NCBI GenBank assembly: GCA_016839365.1
Contig: JAEOUH010000038.1
Span: forward strand, 1 to 13,643
Direction: 5' to 3'
DNA length: 13,643 nucleotides
Source of the DNA: Candidatus Hermodarchaeota archaeon
Lineage (GTDB): Archaea > Asgardarchaeota > Hermodarchaeia > Hermodarchaeales > Hermodarchaeaceae
Shown here: positions 1 through 8,122 of the stretch, in pieces
Layout: each line of letters opens with the position of its first letter
Numbering within the stretch: position 1 is the first letter of the stretch
Program-made: the position numbers and the translations under genes
Notes under the pieces: generated by a model
Seen by the model: the letters and a program-made list of their open reading frames with translations, nothing else
What the model was told of the DNA's origin: nothing
Databases searched by the model: none

Positions 1-573
1 ATTGAAGAAGAACTCCCCTTCGAGGAAGCTCCCCCAATCGAAGAGTTTGTGGAAGAAGAGATGGAACCGGCTCCTGAATCTGTCGAGCCAGAAACCTCAG
101 TAACCCCTGAGGTCGAACCAACCCCCGAACCCTCCTCTGAACCTGTTCCAGAAGAAGCCCCACCCGCAGAGGAAAAACCTGCACCTGAAAAACCAAAGCC
201 TGAGGCCAAACCCAAGGAAGGCCCCGAAGCTGAAGCTCCAAAGGAAAAGGCACCTGAAACGCCCAAGGAAAAACCAAAGCCAAAGAAAGAGGCCGTCAAG
301 GAGAAACCGAAGGCCAAGAAGGAGAAGGCAGAGCAGAAACCTAAAGCCGAAGCCAAACCCAAGGCCAAGGCCAAGCCAGAGCCTAAGAAGAAGGCGGAGG
401 AGAAACCGAAGGCTAAGGCGAAGCCCAAGGCCGCTAAAGCTGAAGAAAAACCCAAGGCCAAAGCTGCAAAGAAGCCGAAGACGGAGAAAGCAGCCAAGAA
501 GGAAAAGAAGACGAAACCCGAAGCGGCAAAGGAGAAGGCTTTGAAATCCAAGAAGGAATCTTCAAAAAAGTGA
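1..573 (+). CDS. rps3: 3' part of a CDS, probably the long low-complexity C-terminal tail of 30S ribosomal protein uS3 (5' truncated)
   Basis: Frame 1 is open from base 1 (IEEELPFEEAPP...) to TGA 571-573. An acidic E/P block is followed by a K/A/P/E block. The identity comes only from synteny (immediately upstream of uL29); no S3 core domain lies inside the window. Confidence 0.65.
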   Translation: MEEELPFEEAPPIEEFVEEEMEPAPESVEPETSVTPEVEPTPEPSSEPVPEEAPPAEEKPAPEKPKPEAKPKEGPEAEAPKEKAPETPKEKPKPKKEAVKEKPKAKKEKAEQKPKAEAKPKAKAKPEPKKKAEEKPKAKAKPKAAKAEEKPKAKAAKKPKTEKAAKKEKKTKPEAAKEKALKSKKESSKK

Positions 574-593
574 GATGAGGAGGCAAAGGACCA

Positions 594-827
594 ATGCCAC
601 TACTGAAAATGGACGAAATCCGGAATATGACTCTCGTTGAACGGGAACGGAAGCTCGATGAACTCCGTGCAGAGCTTGCAAAACAACGAGCTGCAATGAT
701 GTCGGGTGCGGGAATGGAAAATCCCGGCGTCATCCGTGGGATTCGTAAGAACATCGCTCGGATTCTAACTGTGAATAATGAAGAAGCACGTAGGGCTGAA
801 GAAGAAAGCTTGGAGGAGGGTGAATAG
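594..827 (+). CDS. rpl29: 50S ribosomal protein uL29
   Basis: EIRNMT..ERERKLDELRAEL...ENPGVIRGIRKNIARILTV is the typical archaeal L29 motif; GAGGAGG lies upstream. Confidence 0.96.
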   Translation: MPLLKMDEIRNMTLVERERKLDELRAELAKQRAAMMSGAGMENPGVIRGIRKNIARILTVNNEEARRAEEESLEEGE

Positions 828-829
828 CC

Positions 830-1111
830 ATGCAACACACCAGCCATCTGGTCATAAAACCCCTCATTGGCCTCTTAGCAACTGTGAAGCAGGCGACCAA
901 TCCGATGCTCCGCAACATTTCCGGAATCATTGTGGACGATACCCATAACATGATTACACTCGCTGACGGACTTCGACACCGTCAGATTCCGAAGACCTCC
1001 ACGGTCTTCGAGCTGTCCCTGCCTAGCGGCGAGACAGCAAAAATTAACGGGACGGCTCTTCTGGGCACTCCCGCAGAACGCCTAAGGAGGGCGAAAAAAC
1101 TACGATGGTAG
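830..1111 (+). CDS. rnp1: Ribonuclease P protein component 1 (Rpp29/Pop4)
   Basis: LIGL...NP...ISGIIVDDTHNM...IPK...VFEL...INGTALLGTPAERL matches Rpp29, at its conserved position between L29 and S17. Confidence 0.92.
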   Translation: MQHTSHLVIKPLIGLLATVKQATNPMLRNISGIIVDDTHNMITLADGLRHRQIPKTSTVFELSLPSGETAKINGTALLGTPAERLRRAKKLRW

Positions 1112-1449
1112 CAAAAAATATCGGTCTGAAGGTCACGCCTCCTGAAGAGGAATGTAGCGATCCTAATTGTCCATTTCATGGAACACTGCCAGTTCGTGGA
1201 CGAACCATGGATGGGGTTGTTGCCAGCACCAAGATGCGGGGCACTGTTACTGTCCGCCGTGATTACCTCAAGTTCATCAAGAAATACCGCCGATATGCGC
1301 GGAGTCACTCTATGACTGCGGCCCACCATCCACCCTGCATCCCTCTTGAGGTGGGAGACACTGTCCGGATTGCTGAGTGCCGACAAATTAGCAAAACGGT
1401 ATCCTTCGTCGTTGTTGAACGCATCAAATCCAAGGAGGCGACCGACTAA
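1105..1449 (+). CDS. rps17: 30S ribosomal protein uS17
   Basis: [16 protein letters not shown]...KKYRRY...HHPPC...[20 protein letters not shown]. Confidence 0.97.
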   Translation: MVAKNIGLKVTPPEEECSDPNCPFHGTLPVRGRTMDGVVASTKMRGTVTVRRDYLKFIKKYRRYARSHSMTAAHHPPCIPLEVGDTVRIAECRQISKTVSFVVVERIKSKEATD

Positions 1450-1871
1450 TGGTGAAACGAGGTAAAAAAGCCGCAGGTGTTGCGCGCACCAAGATCAGTC
1501 GTGGTCTACCCACAGGGGCTAGACTCATCGTTGCTGATAACAGTGGGGCACGGATAGTAGAAATCATATCTGTCATTGGCTGGCACGGACGACTCCGACG
1601 TCAACCGGCCGCTAGTGTAGCCGATATGGTTGTAGTCTCCTGCAAGGCGGGGACTCCCAAGATGCGCCGCCAAGTACTCCGTGGTATCATTGTGCGACAA
1701 CGCAAGCCCTTCCGCCGTAAAGGTGGTCAATGGATTCGCTTTGAAGATAATGCTGTCGTTATCACTTCAGAAGTTGGGGATCCACAAGGATCCGAAATCC
1801 GTGGCCCCATTGCCCGAGAAGCCGCTGAACGCTGGCCACGTATTGCTAGCGTCGCCAGCATCATCGTTTAG
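1449..1871 (+). CDS. rpl14: 50S ribosomal protein uL14
   Basis: ADNSGAR...[10 protein letters not shown]...FEDNAVVI...[21 protein letters not shown]; TAATG overlap with uS17. Confidence 0.97.
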   Translation: MVKRGKKAAGVARTKISRGLPTGARLIVADNSGARIVEIISVIGWHGRLRRQPAASVADMVVVSCKAGTPKMRRQVLRGIIVRQRKPFRRKGGQWIRFEDNAVVITSEVGDPQGSEIRGPIAREAAERWPRIASVASIIV

Positions 1872-1885
1872 GAGCTGAAAAGAAA

Positions 1886-2272
1886 ATGACCTCACGAAAA
1901 CCCAAGAAGCAGCGTAAATCGCGATATACCGCACCCTGGCACCGTCGCCACAGATATCTCACCGCAAAACTGGCTCCTGAGTTGGTGGATAAACACGGCA
2001 TCAAACGACTGCCGGTCCACACCGGTGACACCGTCTATATCACACGAGGCGCCTTCCGAGACTCCGAAGGCGATGTGATTGAAATCGACATGAAAAACCT
2101 CAAGCTCAGCATCGAGAACATCACAATCGAAAAAGTGGATGGCTCCGCCGTGCCTTTTCCGATACGCCCCGAAAACGTCATGATTACCAAACTGAACCTC
2201 GATAAAACCCGTCAAACGGCTATCGATCGTAAAGCTGCCGCCCGAGCCGACTTGACAAAGAAGGAGGATTAG
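1886..2272 (+). CDS. rpl24: 50S ribosomal protein uL24
   Basis: SRKPKKQRK..YTAPWHRRH...LPVHTGDTVYITRG (KOW)...PIRPENVMITKL. Confidence 0.96.
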   Translation: MTSRKPKKQRKSRYTAPWHRRHRYLTAKLAPELVDKHGIKRLPVHTGDTVYITRGAFRDSEGDVIEIDMKNLKLSIENITIEKVDGSAVPFPIRPENVMITKLNLDKTRQTAIDRKAAARADLTKKED

Positions 2273-2276
2273 CACT

Positions 2277-3017
2277 ATGCCCAAAGGTCCCCGAAAACAT
2301 CTGAAACGATTGGCTGCCCCTGGTCACTGGCAAATTAAGCGCAAGGTTCGTCCCTTCACTATCCGCAGTAATCCTGGCCCCCATGCGCTCCAAGAAGGAA
2401 TTCCATTGGGGGTCGTCATCCGAGATATGCTCAAATTAACCACCACGCTGAATGAAACACGGCGTGTCATTGCGCAAGGGCACGTGAAGGTAGACGGATG
2501 CATACGTAAAGACTACAAATTCCCCGTTGGCTTAATGGATATCATCGAGGTGGATGAAGCCAAAACACGCGTTCGCGTTATGCCCGATTCACAACACCTC
2601 CTCCAACTTTTAAAAATCACCAAGAAAGAACAGAACCTCAAACCCTGTAAAATCACTGGTAAGAACACAGTGTCTAAAGGAAACATACAACTCCATCTTC
2701 ACGACGGCCGCACCATCCAACTTCCCATAGAAGATCCCAAAGTCAAGCCTAAAATTCCCTATAATCCCGGCGATACACTACTGATCAAGTTGCCCGATCA
2801 AACCATTCAGGAACATATCCCCCTTAAGAAAGGAATCACAGTTGTCATAACAGGCGGAGATCATACGGGTAAAGTGGGCACACTCATCGAGATTGATCCT
2901 GAGAATCAACTGGGAACCATCCAGATCGCGGAGAAAAAGACCATTTTGACCGCTATTCGGTACGTCTTTCCTCTAGGTATAGATACTCCATTGGTTTCCA
3001 TTCCGGAGGCTGGCTAA
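2277..3017 (+). CDS. rps4e: 30S ribosomal protein eS4 (S4e)
   Basis: GPRKHLKRLAAPGHW.IKRK...PGPH...VKVDG.IRKDYKFPVGLMDII...QLHLHDGR. Confidence 0.97.
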   Translation: MPKGPRKHLKRLAAPGHWQIKRKVRPFTIRSNPGPHALQEGIPLGVVIRDMLKLTTTLNETRRVIAQGHVKVDGCIRKDYKFPVGLMDIIEVDEAKTRVRVMPDSQHLLQLLKITKKEQNLKPCKITGKNTVSKGNIQLHLHDGRTIQLPIEDPKVKPKIPYNPGDTLLIKLPDQTIQEHIPLKKGITVVITGGDHTGKVGTLIEIDPENQLGTIQIAEKKTILTAIRYVFPLGIDTPLVSIPEAG

Positions 3018-3019
3018 CC

Positions 3020-3682
3020 ATGTCAACAGCAAAGAAATCATCTCAACCAAAATCCTCACCCAAACAGTCGGCTTCAGTGAAGGCTAAGGATGCCGGAGCG
3101 GAGGCTAAGCCAGCGAAGCCCCTGCCGGCTCCCCAACCAAAGGCGAAGAAGGATAATGTCATGCGACAAATCTTCATTTCGAAAGTGGTCGTAAACATGT
3201 CCTTGGGCACCGGGGGCGAACCCTTAGCGAAGGCTAAGGCAATTCTTGAAAATCTAACGGGGCAAAAACCAGCAGATATCTTAGCCAAACGCACAAATCG
3301 TGACTTCGGGCTCCGTCAAGGTGAACCCATGGGCTGTAAAGTGACCCTACGTGGTGAGAAAGCCATGGAATTTGCCAAACGAGCTTTAGATGTTGCCGAT
3401 TTCCAAATACCGGAAAATGCTGTCGACCACTCAGGGAACGTTTCGTTCGGTATCTCTGAACACATTCAGATTCCAGGTGTCAAATACGATCCCAATCTTG
3501 GAATCTTTGGAATGGACATTGCCATATGCACGGAGCGTCCTGGATACCGAATTAATCGGCGACGGCGAGGACGCCATAAAGTTCCCCTTCGCCACCGGAT
3601 TACCCCCCGTGAAGCGATGACGGTTCTCTCCACAGAGCTGGGAATTCAATTCACACGACCCGATATGGAGGAGGACTACTAA
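3020..3682 (+). CDS. rpl5: 50S ribosomal protein uL5 with an N-terminal extension of about 45 aa
   Basis: NVMRQIFISKVVVNMSLG...LTGQKP...DFGLRQGEPMGCKVTLRG...SFGISEHIQIPGVKYDPNLGIFGMD. Confidence 0.96.
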   Translation: MSTAKKSSQPKSSPKQSASVKAKDAGAEAKPAKPLPAPQPKAKKDNVMRQIFISKVVVNMSLGTGGEPLAKAKAILENLTGQKPADILAKRTNRDFGLRQGEPMGCKVTLRGEKAMEFAKRALDVADFQIPENAVDHSGNVSFGISEHIQIPGVKYDPNLGIFGMDIAICTERPGYRINRRRRGRHKVPLRHRITPREAMTVLSTELGIQFTRPDMEEDY

Positions 3683-3831
3683 TGTCACAGGAGAAAAAAC
3701 AGGGCAAAGGACACCGCGCATGCAAACGATGCGGGACTCACCGTGCCATTATTCGCAGTTTTAAAATTGGTTTATGCCGACGCTGCTTCAGAGAAGTCGC
3801 CGAAGAGCTCGGGTTTCGAAAATTTAGTTAG
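3682..3831 (+). CDS. rps14: 30S ribosomal protein uS14, zinc-binding type (49 aa, absent from the ORF track)
   Basis: Hand translation gives [49 protein letters not shown], with two CxxC pairs. The ATG overlaps the uL5 stop (TAATG) and GGAGGAGG lies upstream. Confidence 0.96.
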   Translation: MSQEKKQGKGHRACKRCGTHRAIIRSFKIGLCRRCFREVAEELGFRKFS

Positions 3832-3845
3832 AGGTAGAAAAGACA

Positions 3846-4238
3846 ATGACAGTAAAGAAACCATTGGCAGATGCCTTCTCAAACATCATGAACCACGAGC
3901 TACTGCGTAAATCAGAGGTAGTCATTGCACCTGCCTCGAAGAAAATCGGCGCGGCGCTCCGGATTATGCAGCGAATGGGCTATGTTGGGGAATTCGAATT
4001 CATCGATGATGGTAAAGCCGGCATGCTCCGTGTGGAGCTTCTTGGCCGTATCAATCAATGTGGTATTATTAGCCCCCACCACGCGGTGAAACGCCACGAC
4101 TTCGAAGAATGGGAGAAGCGGTTCTTGCCCTCCCGGGCATTCGGCTTCCTCATTGTATCAACTCCCAAAGGCTTCATGACTCATCGTGAAGCTGAAGAAC
4201 AAGGTCATGGAGGACGGCTCATCGCCTACGTCTACTAA
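3846..4238 (+). CDS. rps8: 30S ribosomal protein uS8
   Basis: [12 protein letters not shown]...[15 protein letters not shown]...[13 protein letters not shown]...[25 protein letters not shown]...GGRLIAYVY. Confidence 0.97.
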   Translation: MTVKKPLADAFSNIMNHELLRKSEVVIAPASKKIGAALRIMQRMGYVGEFEFIDDGKAGMLRVELLGRINQCGIISPHHAVKRHDFEEWEKRFLPSRAFGFLIVSTPKGFMTHREAEEQGHGGRLIAYVY

Positions 4239-4253
4239 GCTAAGGAGCGGATT

Positions 4254-4823
4254 GTGACAATGCCAGCCAAAACCACACATTTCGAAAAATCGACTCCTAT
4301 CCTGGAGAATACCACCTTAACCCTTGATGGGAAGTGTGTGACTGTGCAAGGACCCAAAGGCGAACTCGCCCGTGATTTCAGCCACGTCGACGTAGATATT
4401 CAAAAAACCCGAAATAAAATCGTGGTCTCCGTCGAGTATCCCCGGAGCCGTCAAATCGCTCTTGTGGGCACTGTTGTCTCCCACATCAGAAACATGATGC
4501 TTGGTGTCATTCATGGTGTCACATACAAGATGAAGGTGGTCTACGCCCACTTCCCCCCCAGCGTGAAAGTTGAAGGAGATCGCCTTATTGTCGAGAACTT
4601 CTATGGCGAGAAAGCTGCCCGCCGTGCCAAAATACTTCCTGGTGTCAACGTTAGTGTGCAAGGTGACGACGTGATCCTGGAAGGGATTGACATCGAACTT
4701 GTTGGTCAGACAGCAGCGAACATTCAACATTCAACGAAACTTCGTCGAAAAGACCCCCGCAAGTTCCATGATGGGATATACGTGTACGAAAAACAGCTTG
4801 GAGATCAGCATTGGAAGATTTAG
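4254..4823 (+). CDS. rpl6: 50S ribosomal protein uL6
   Basis: VQGPKGEL.RDF...SHIRNMMLGV..G.TYKMKVVYAHFP...ENFYGEK...KDPRKFHDGIYVYEK; the start is GTG 4254 or ATG 4260. Confidence 0.96.
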   Translation: MTMPAKTTHFEKSTPILENTTLTLDGKCVTVQGPKGELARDFSHVDVDIQKTRNKIVVSVEYPRSRQIALVGTVVSHIRNMMLGVIHGVTYKMKVVYAHFPPSVKVEGDRLIVENFYGEKAARRAKILPGVNVSVQGDDVILEGIDIELVGQTAANIQHSTKLRRKDPRKFHDGIYVYEKQLGDQHWKI

Positions 4824-4844
4824 CCAACCCGGATGTGTAAGATT

Positions 4845-5291
4845 ATGAAGAAGAGTAAACGTGTCAAACAACTTCAACGCGAACTACACAAGAAGCGACA
4901 ATTGAATCAACGAAAACCGAAGTTTCGGCGTCCGGAGAGTTGGCGGTATAAACGATTAAACGCCAGATGGCGGCGTCCCAAGGGCATTGATACTGCAATT
5001 AGGAAACGCGAAAAAAGCCAACCGAAAATGCCCCGCATTGGCTACCGAAGTCCGGTCAAGCTCCGGGACTACCACCCGTCTGGCATGAAAGAAGTGCTCG
5101 TTCACAACCTCCAAGAAATGGAAGGGCTTCATCCCAAAATTCATGCCGTCCGAATCGCTCATCGCGTAGGTGATCGCAAACGGATGGCCATCATTGATCG
5201 AGCAGATGACCTCGGCCTTCGGGTAATCAACCCTCAACTGAAATCGGAGATACGCGAACTCCTCGACCTTGACACAGAGGAAACTAGCTAG
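4845..5291 (+). CDS. rpl32e: 50S ribosomal protein eL32
   Basis: KPKFRRPESWRYKRL...WRRPKGID...IGYRSP...HPSG.KEVLVHN. ATG 4845 is preferred over 4833 because the SD-like GGATGTG lies at 4831-4837. Confidence 0.95.
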   Translation: MKKSKRVKQLQRELHKKRQLNQRKPKFRRPESWRYKRLNARWRRPKGIDTAIRKREKSQPKMPRIGYRSPVKLRDYHPSGMKEVLVHNLQEMEGLHPKIHAVRIAHRVGDRKRMAIIDRADDLGLRVINPQLKSEIRELLDLDTEETS

Positions 5292-5306
5292 AAGGTGAAT
5301 ACAACC

Positions 5307-5756
5307 ATGAATGTAAGAGCCCAACGAAAACTTGCAGCGCGGATCCTGAAAGTCGGTGAAAATCGGGTCTGGATTGACCCCGAACGACTTGATGACGTAT
5401 CATTAGCCATTCGACGCGATGATATCCGTCGGCTAATCCATGAAGGGGCTATCCGCAAAGTGCCAATTCAGGGTATTAGTCGTGGTCGAGCAAAAGCTGT
5501 TCATCTAAAGCAGAAACGAGGTCTTCGTTCAGGATCAGGCAGCCGAAAGGGTAAACGGACAGCGAGACTCTCAGGCAAAGAACGGTGGATGTTAAAGATT
5601 CGGGCTATCCGTCGACATCTCAAACAACTCCGAGCTCGACGGATCATCAAACCCCGTGATTACCGACGATTATATCGGCTCTCGAAAGGTGGGATGTTCC
5701 CCAATATCCGACGAGTCGACATGTATATTCAAGAACATAAAATGAAGAGGCGATAA
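5307..5756 (+). CDS. rpl19e: 50S ribosomal protein eL19
   Basis: MNVRAQRKLAARILKVGENRVWIDP...AIRRDDIRRLI...GSRKG...WMLKIRAIRR. The SD AAGGTGA at 5292-5298 supports ATG 5307. Confidence 0.96.
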   Translation: MNVRAQRKLAARILKVGENRVWIDPERLDDVSLAIRRDDIRRLIHEGAIRKVPIQGISRGRAKAVHLKQKRGLRSGSGSRKGKRTARLSGKERWMLKIRAIRRHLKQLRARRIIKPRDYRRLYRLSKGGMFPNIRRVDMYIQEHKMKRR

Positions 5757-5759
5757 AAA

Positions 5760-6368
5760 ATGGCACACGGACCACGATACAAAGTTCCTTTCCGTCGACG
5801 TCGTGAAAGTAAAACCGACTACCACGCACGACGCCGTATGGTAGGCTCTGGACGACCACGCCTAGTCGTACGAAAAACCAGTACTCGCGTCATCGTCCAA
5901 ATCATTGAAGCCCTACCGGAAGGAGACAGGTGCATCGCAGCGGCTGATTCGCGACAGTTAAGCGAATTTGGTTGGCGTGCTGGTGTAAAGAACATCCCTG
6001 CAGCGTATCTCACAGGATTCTTAGCTGCCAGTCGCGTTCTGAAACTAGGAACAAACGCAGCCATTGTTGACATTGGATTATCCCAACCGATACCCGGATC
6101 CCGAATCTTTTCAGCTGTCAAGGGTGCTATCGACGCTGGACTTGAGGTTCCCTGCTCAGACAAGATGTTTCCAAAGGAAAAACACCTTCGAGGCGAACAC
6201 ATCGCTAGCTACGCCAAAGACCTCAGCGAGAACCAGCCCAGCACCTTTCAACGCCAATTCGGAAAGGTTTCGAAGGGCCGCACCGATCTTACTCAGCTCC
6301 CAAGCATGTACGATACTACCAAGAAGAATATCACAGCGAAATACACTCGTGGAGGGTCGAAAGAATGA
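5760..6368 (+). CDS. rpl18: 50S ribosomal protein uL18
   Basis: MAHGPRYKVPFRRRRESKTDY..R...RLVVRKT...NIPAAYLTG...AVKGAIDAGLEVP. Confidence 0.97.
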   Translation: MAHGPRYKVPFRRRRESKTDYHARRRMVGSGRPRLVVRKTSTRVIVQIIEALPEGDRCIAAADSRQLSEFGWRAGVKNIPAAYLTGFLAASRVLKLGTNAAIVDIGLSQPIPGSRIFSAVKGAIDAGLEVPCSDKMFPKEKHLRGEHIASYAKDLSENQPSTFQRQFGKVSKGRTDLTQLPSMYDTTKKNITAKYTRGGSKE

Positions 6369-7033
6369 GCCGAAGACCGCGAGAACAACAGCAACGCCCA
6401 CGCGGCTTCAATGTCGAGGAGTGGGAACCAGTCACAAAAGTTGGTCGACAGGTGAAGGCTGGCGAAATCACCTCACTGGAAGATCTCTTTCAGTTAGCTC
6501 TCCCAATCAAGGAGCCTGAAATCATCGACGTATTGCTGCCAGACCTTCAAGAAGAAGTCATCGACATCAACTTGGTACAAAAACAGACTGATGCTGGCGA
6601 AAAATCTCAATTCAAAGCCACTGTCATTGTAGGTAACGAAAACGGCTTTGTCGGTATTGGTGAAAGCAAAGCACCAGAAATTGGACCGGCCATTCGGAAA
6701 GCCATTCTTCGGGCGAAGCTCAATCTCATTTCAGTTCGGAGAGGCTGTGGAAGTTGGGAATGTGGGTGCAGCGACCCCCACTCCGTTCCCTTTCAAGTGA
6801 ATGGTAAAACAGGAAGTGTTCGTGTGAAGCTCCTTCCTGCGCCTAAAGGGGTGGGGCTGGTTACAGCCGACACCATGAAAGTTGTCCTTAGGCTAGCTGG
6901 CATCCACGATGTATGGTCCCGAACACGTGGGCATACGCGCACCACCCTCAACTTCGCACGGTCAGTCTTCAATGCATTAAAAGGAACCAATCAGATCATG
7001 ACTCCCCAAGATTGGACGCGGAGATCTGAATAA
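6365..7033 (+). CDS. rps5: 30S ribosomal protein uS5
   Basis: WEPVTKVGR.VK.G.I...IKEPEIID.LLP...VQKQTDAG...RRGCGSWECGC..PHSVP...PAPKGVGLV. Confidence 0.97.
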   Translation: MSRRPREQQQRPRGFNVEEWEPVTKVGRQVKAGEITSLEDLFQLALPIKEPEIIDVLLPDLQEEVIDINLVQKQTDAGEKSQFKATVIVGNENGFVGIGESKAPEIGPAIRKAILRAKLNLISVRRGCGSWECGCSDPHSVPFQVNGKTGSVRVKLLPAPKGVGLVTADTMKVVLRLAGIHDVWSRTRGHTRTTLNFARSVFNALKGTNQIMTPQDWTRRSE

Positions 7034-7034
7034 C

Positions 7035-7529
7035 ATGTCAACAGAGACCCAACAAAATCATCCATTGGTGGCTGTCATCCGCATTCGCAGCAGCATAGGC
7101 TTGCGCCAAGAAGCCAAAGACACACTAGCCCTGATGAATCTTTCCCGTGTGAATCATGCCGTGGTTCTGGATAAGCGACCAACCTATCTAGGAATGTTTC
7201 AACGGGCAAAAGATGCCATCACTTGGGGTGAAATTGACGCCCCTACTTTATCACGCCTTCTCCGAAAACGAGGTCGGTTGATTGGGGAAAAACCTGTCAC
7301 TGACGAATATGTGGCACAGCATACTAAATACAAATCCATTGACGAATATGCCAAAGCCCTTGTCGCGCAGAAAGAGGTGTCACTGGCTCTTCCCAAGCTG
7401 AAAAAGGTCTTCCGTCTACACCCACCTTCGAAGGGATTTCGAAGAAGTGTTAAGCGAACTATCCAACAGAAGGGTGAACTCGGTTACCGCGGTGAGGATA
7501 TTAATACCCTCCTCAAACGAATGTCATAA
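7035..7529 (+). CDS. rpl30: 50S ribosomal protein uL30 (long archaeal form)
   Basis: AVIRIRS...DTL.LMNL.RVNHAV...KDAITWGEID...KRGRLIG...VFRLHPPSKGF...GELGYRGEDIN.LLKRM. Confidence 0.96.
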   Translation: MSTETQQNHPLVAVIRIRSSIGLRQEAKDTLALMNLSRVNHAVVLDKRPTYLGMFQRAKDAITWGEIDAPTLSRLLRKRGRLIGEKPVTDEYVAQHTKYKSIDEYAKALVAQKEVSLALPKLKKVFRLHPPSKGFRRSVKRTIQQKGELGYRGEDINTLLKRMS

Positions 7530-7561
7530 GAGGGAGAATACGAAAACAGGATTGATGAAAT

Positions 7562-8101
7562 ATGGCCGAAAACGATGATCGTTCTAAACGGAAGCGTTGG
7601 TGGGATGATAAGTCCAATGATTCACAGTTCGAAGCACTTCAACGGATGTTTGAAGAAATCATGAAGATGATTTCTGATATTAATCCTGAGGACATGTTTG
7701 GTCCTGATGCCGAGCACCAACTTGAAGAAATCCTCGAACAGCTCCAAAAGAATCCCATGGTTTGGGGCTTCTCTGCAGGTATCGGGCCAGATGGTAAGAT
7801 ACGATTAAATCCATTTGGCAACCTTAACCCCGAGGGTGGACCGCCAGTGGTCCGCAATGAACGTGAACCACTCATTGATGTTATGGATCAAGATGACCAG
7901 CTTATTATCATTGCAGAACTCCCAGGCGTGAAACGGAATGAAATCCACATCAAAGTGAATGATTATAGTCTAACTCTCCAAGTGGATTCAAAGGATCGAA
8001 AATATGCAAAAGACATCGATCTTCCCGCACCTGTTGATGTTGACTCCGCCAAGACCAGTTATCGTAATGGCATCTTAGAAATACACCTCCAGAAACGTTA
8101 A
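7562..8101 (+). CDS. hsp20: Archaeal small heat-shock protein (Hsp20/alpha-crystallin family)
   Basis: PMVWGFSAGIGPDGK..LNPFGN (archaeal Hsp20 pre-ACD motif), then REPLIDV...IIAELPGV.R.EI...IDLP..VD.DSAKTSYRNGILEI (alpha-crystallin domain). Confidence 0.93.
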   Translation: MAENDDRSKRKRWWDDKSNDSQFEALQRMFEEIMKMISDINPEDMFGPDAEHQLEEILEQLQKNPMVWGFSAGIGPDGKIRLNPFGNLNPEGGPPVVRNEREPLIDVMDQDDQLIIIAELPGVKRNEIHIKVNDYSLTLQVDSKDRKYAKDIDLPAPVDVDSAKTSYRNGILEIHLQKR

Positions 8102-8122
8102 CCCCAAAGGAGACAAACAACC

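Noticed and set aside
180-560. Repetitive DNA resembling a tandem repeat or CRISPR array
   Set aside because: The repeats are degenerate, codon-phased units encoding K/P/A/E, with no constant repeat-spacer structure.
820-835. No SUI1/aIF1 gene between uL29 and Rpp29
   Set aside because: That insertion is restricted to some archaeal lineages, so its absence is ordinary.
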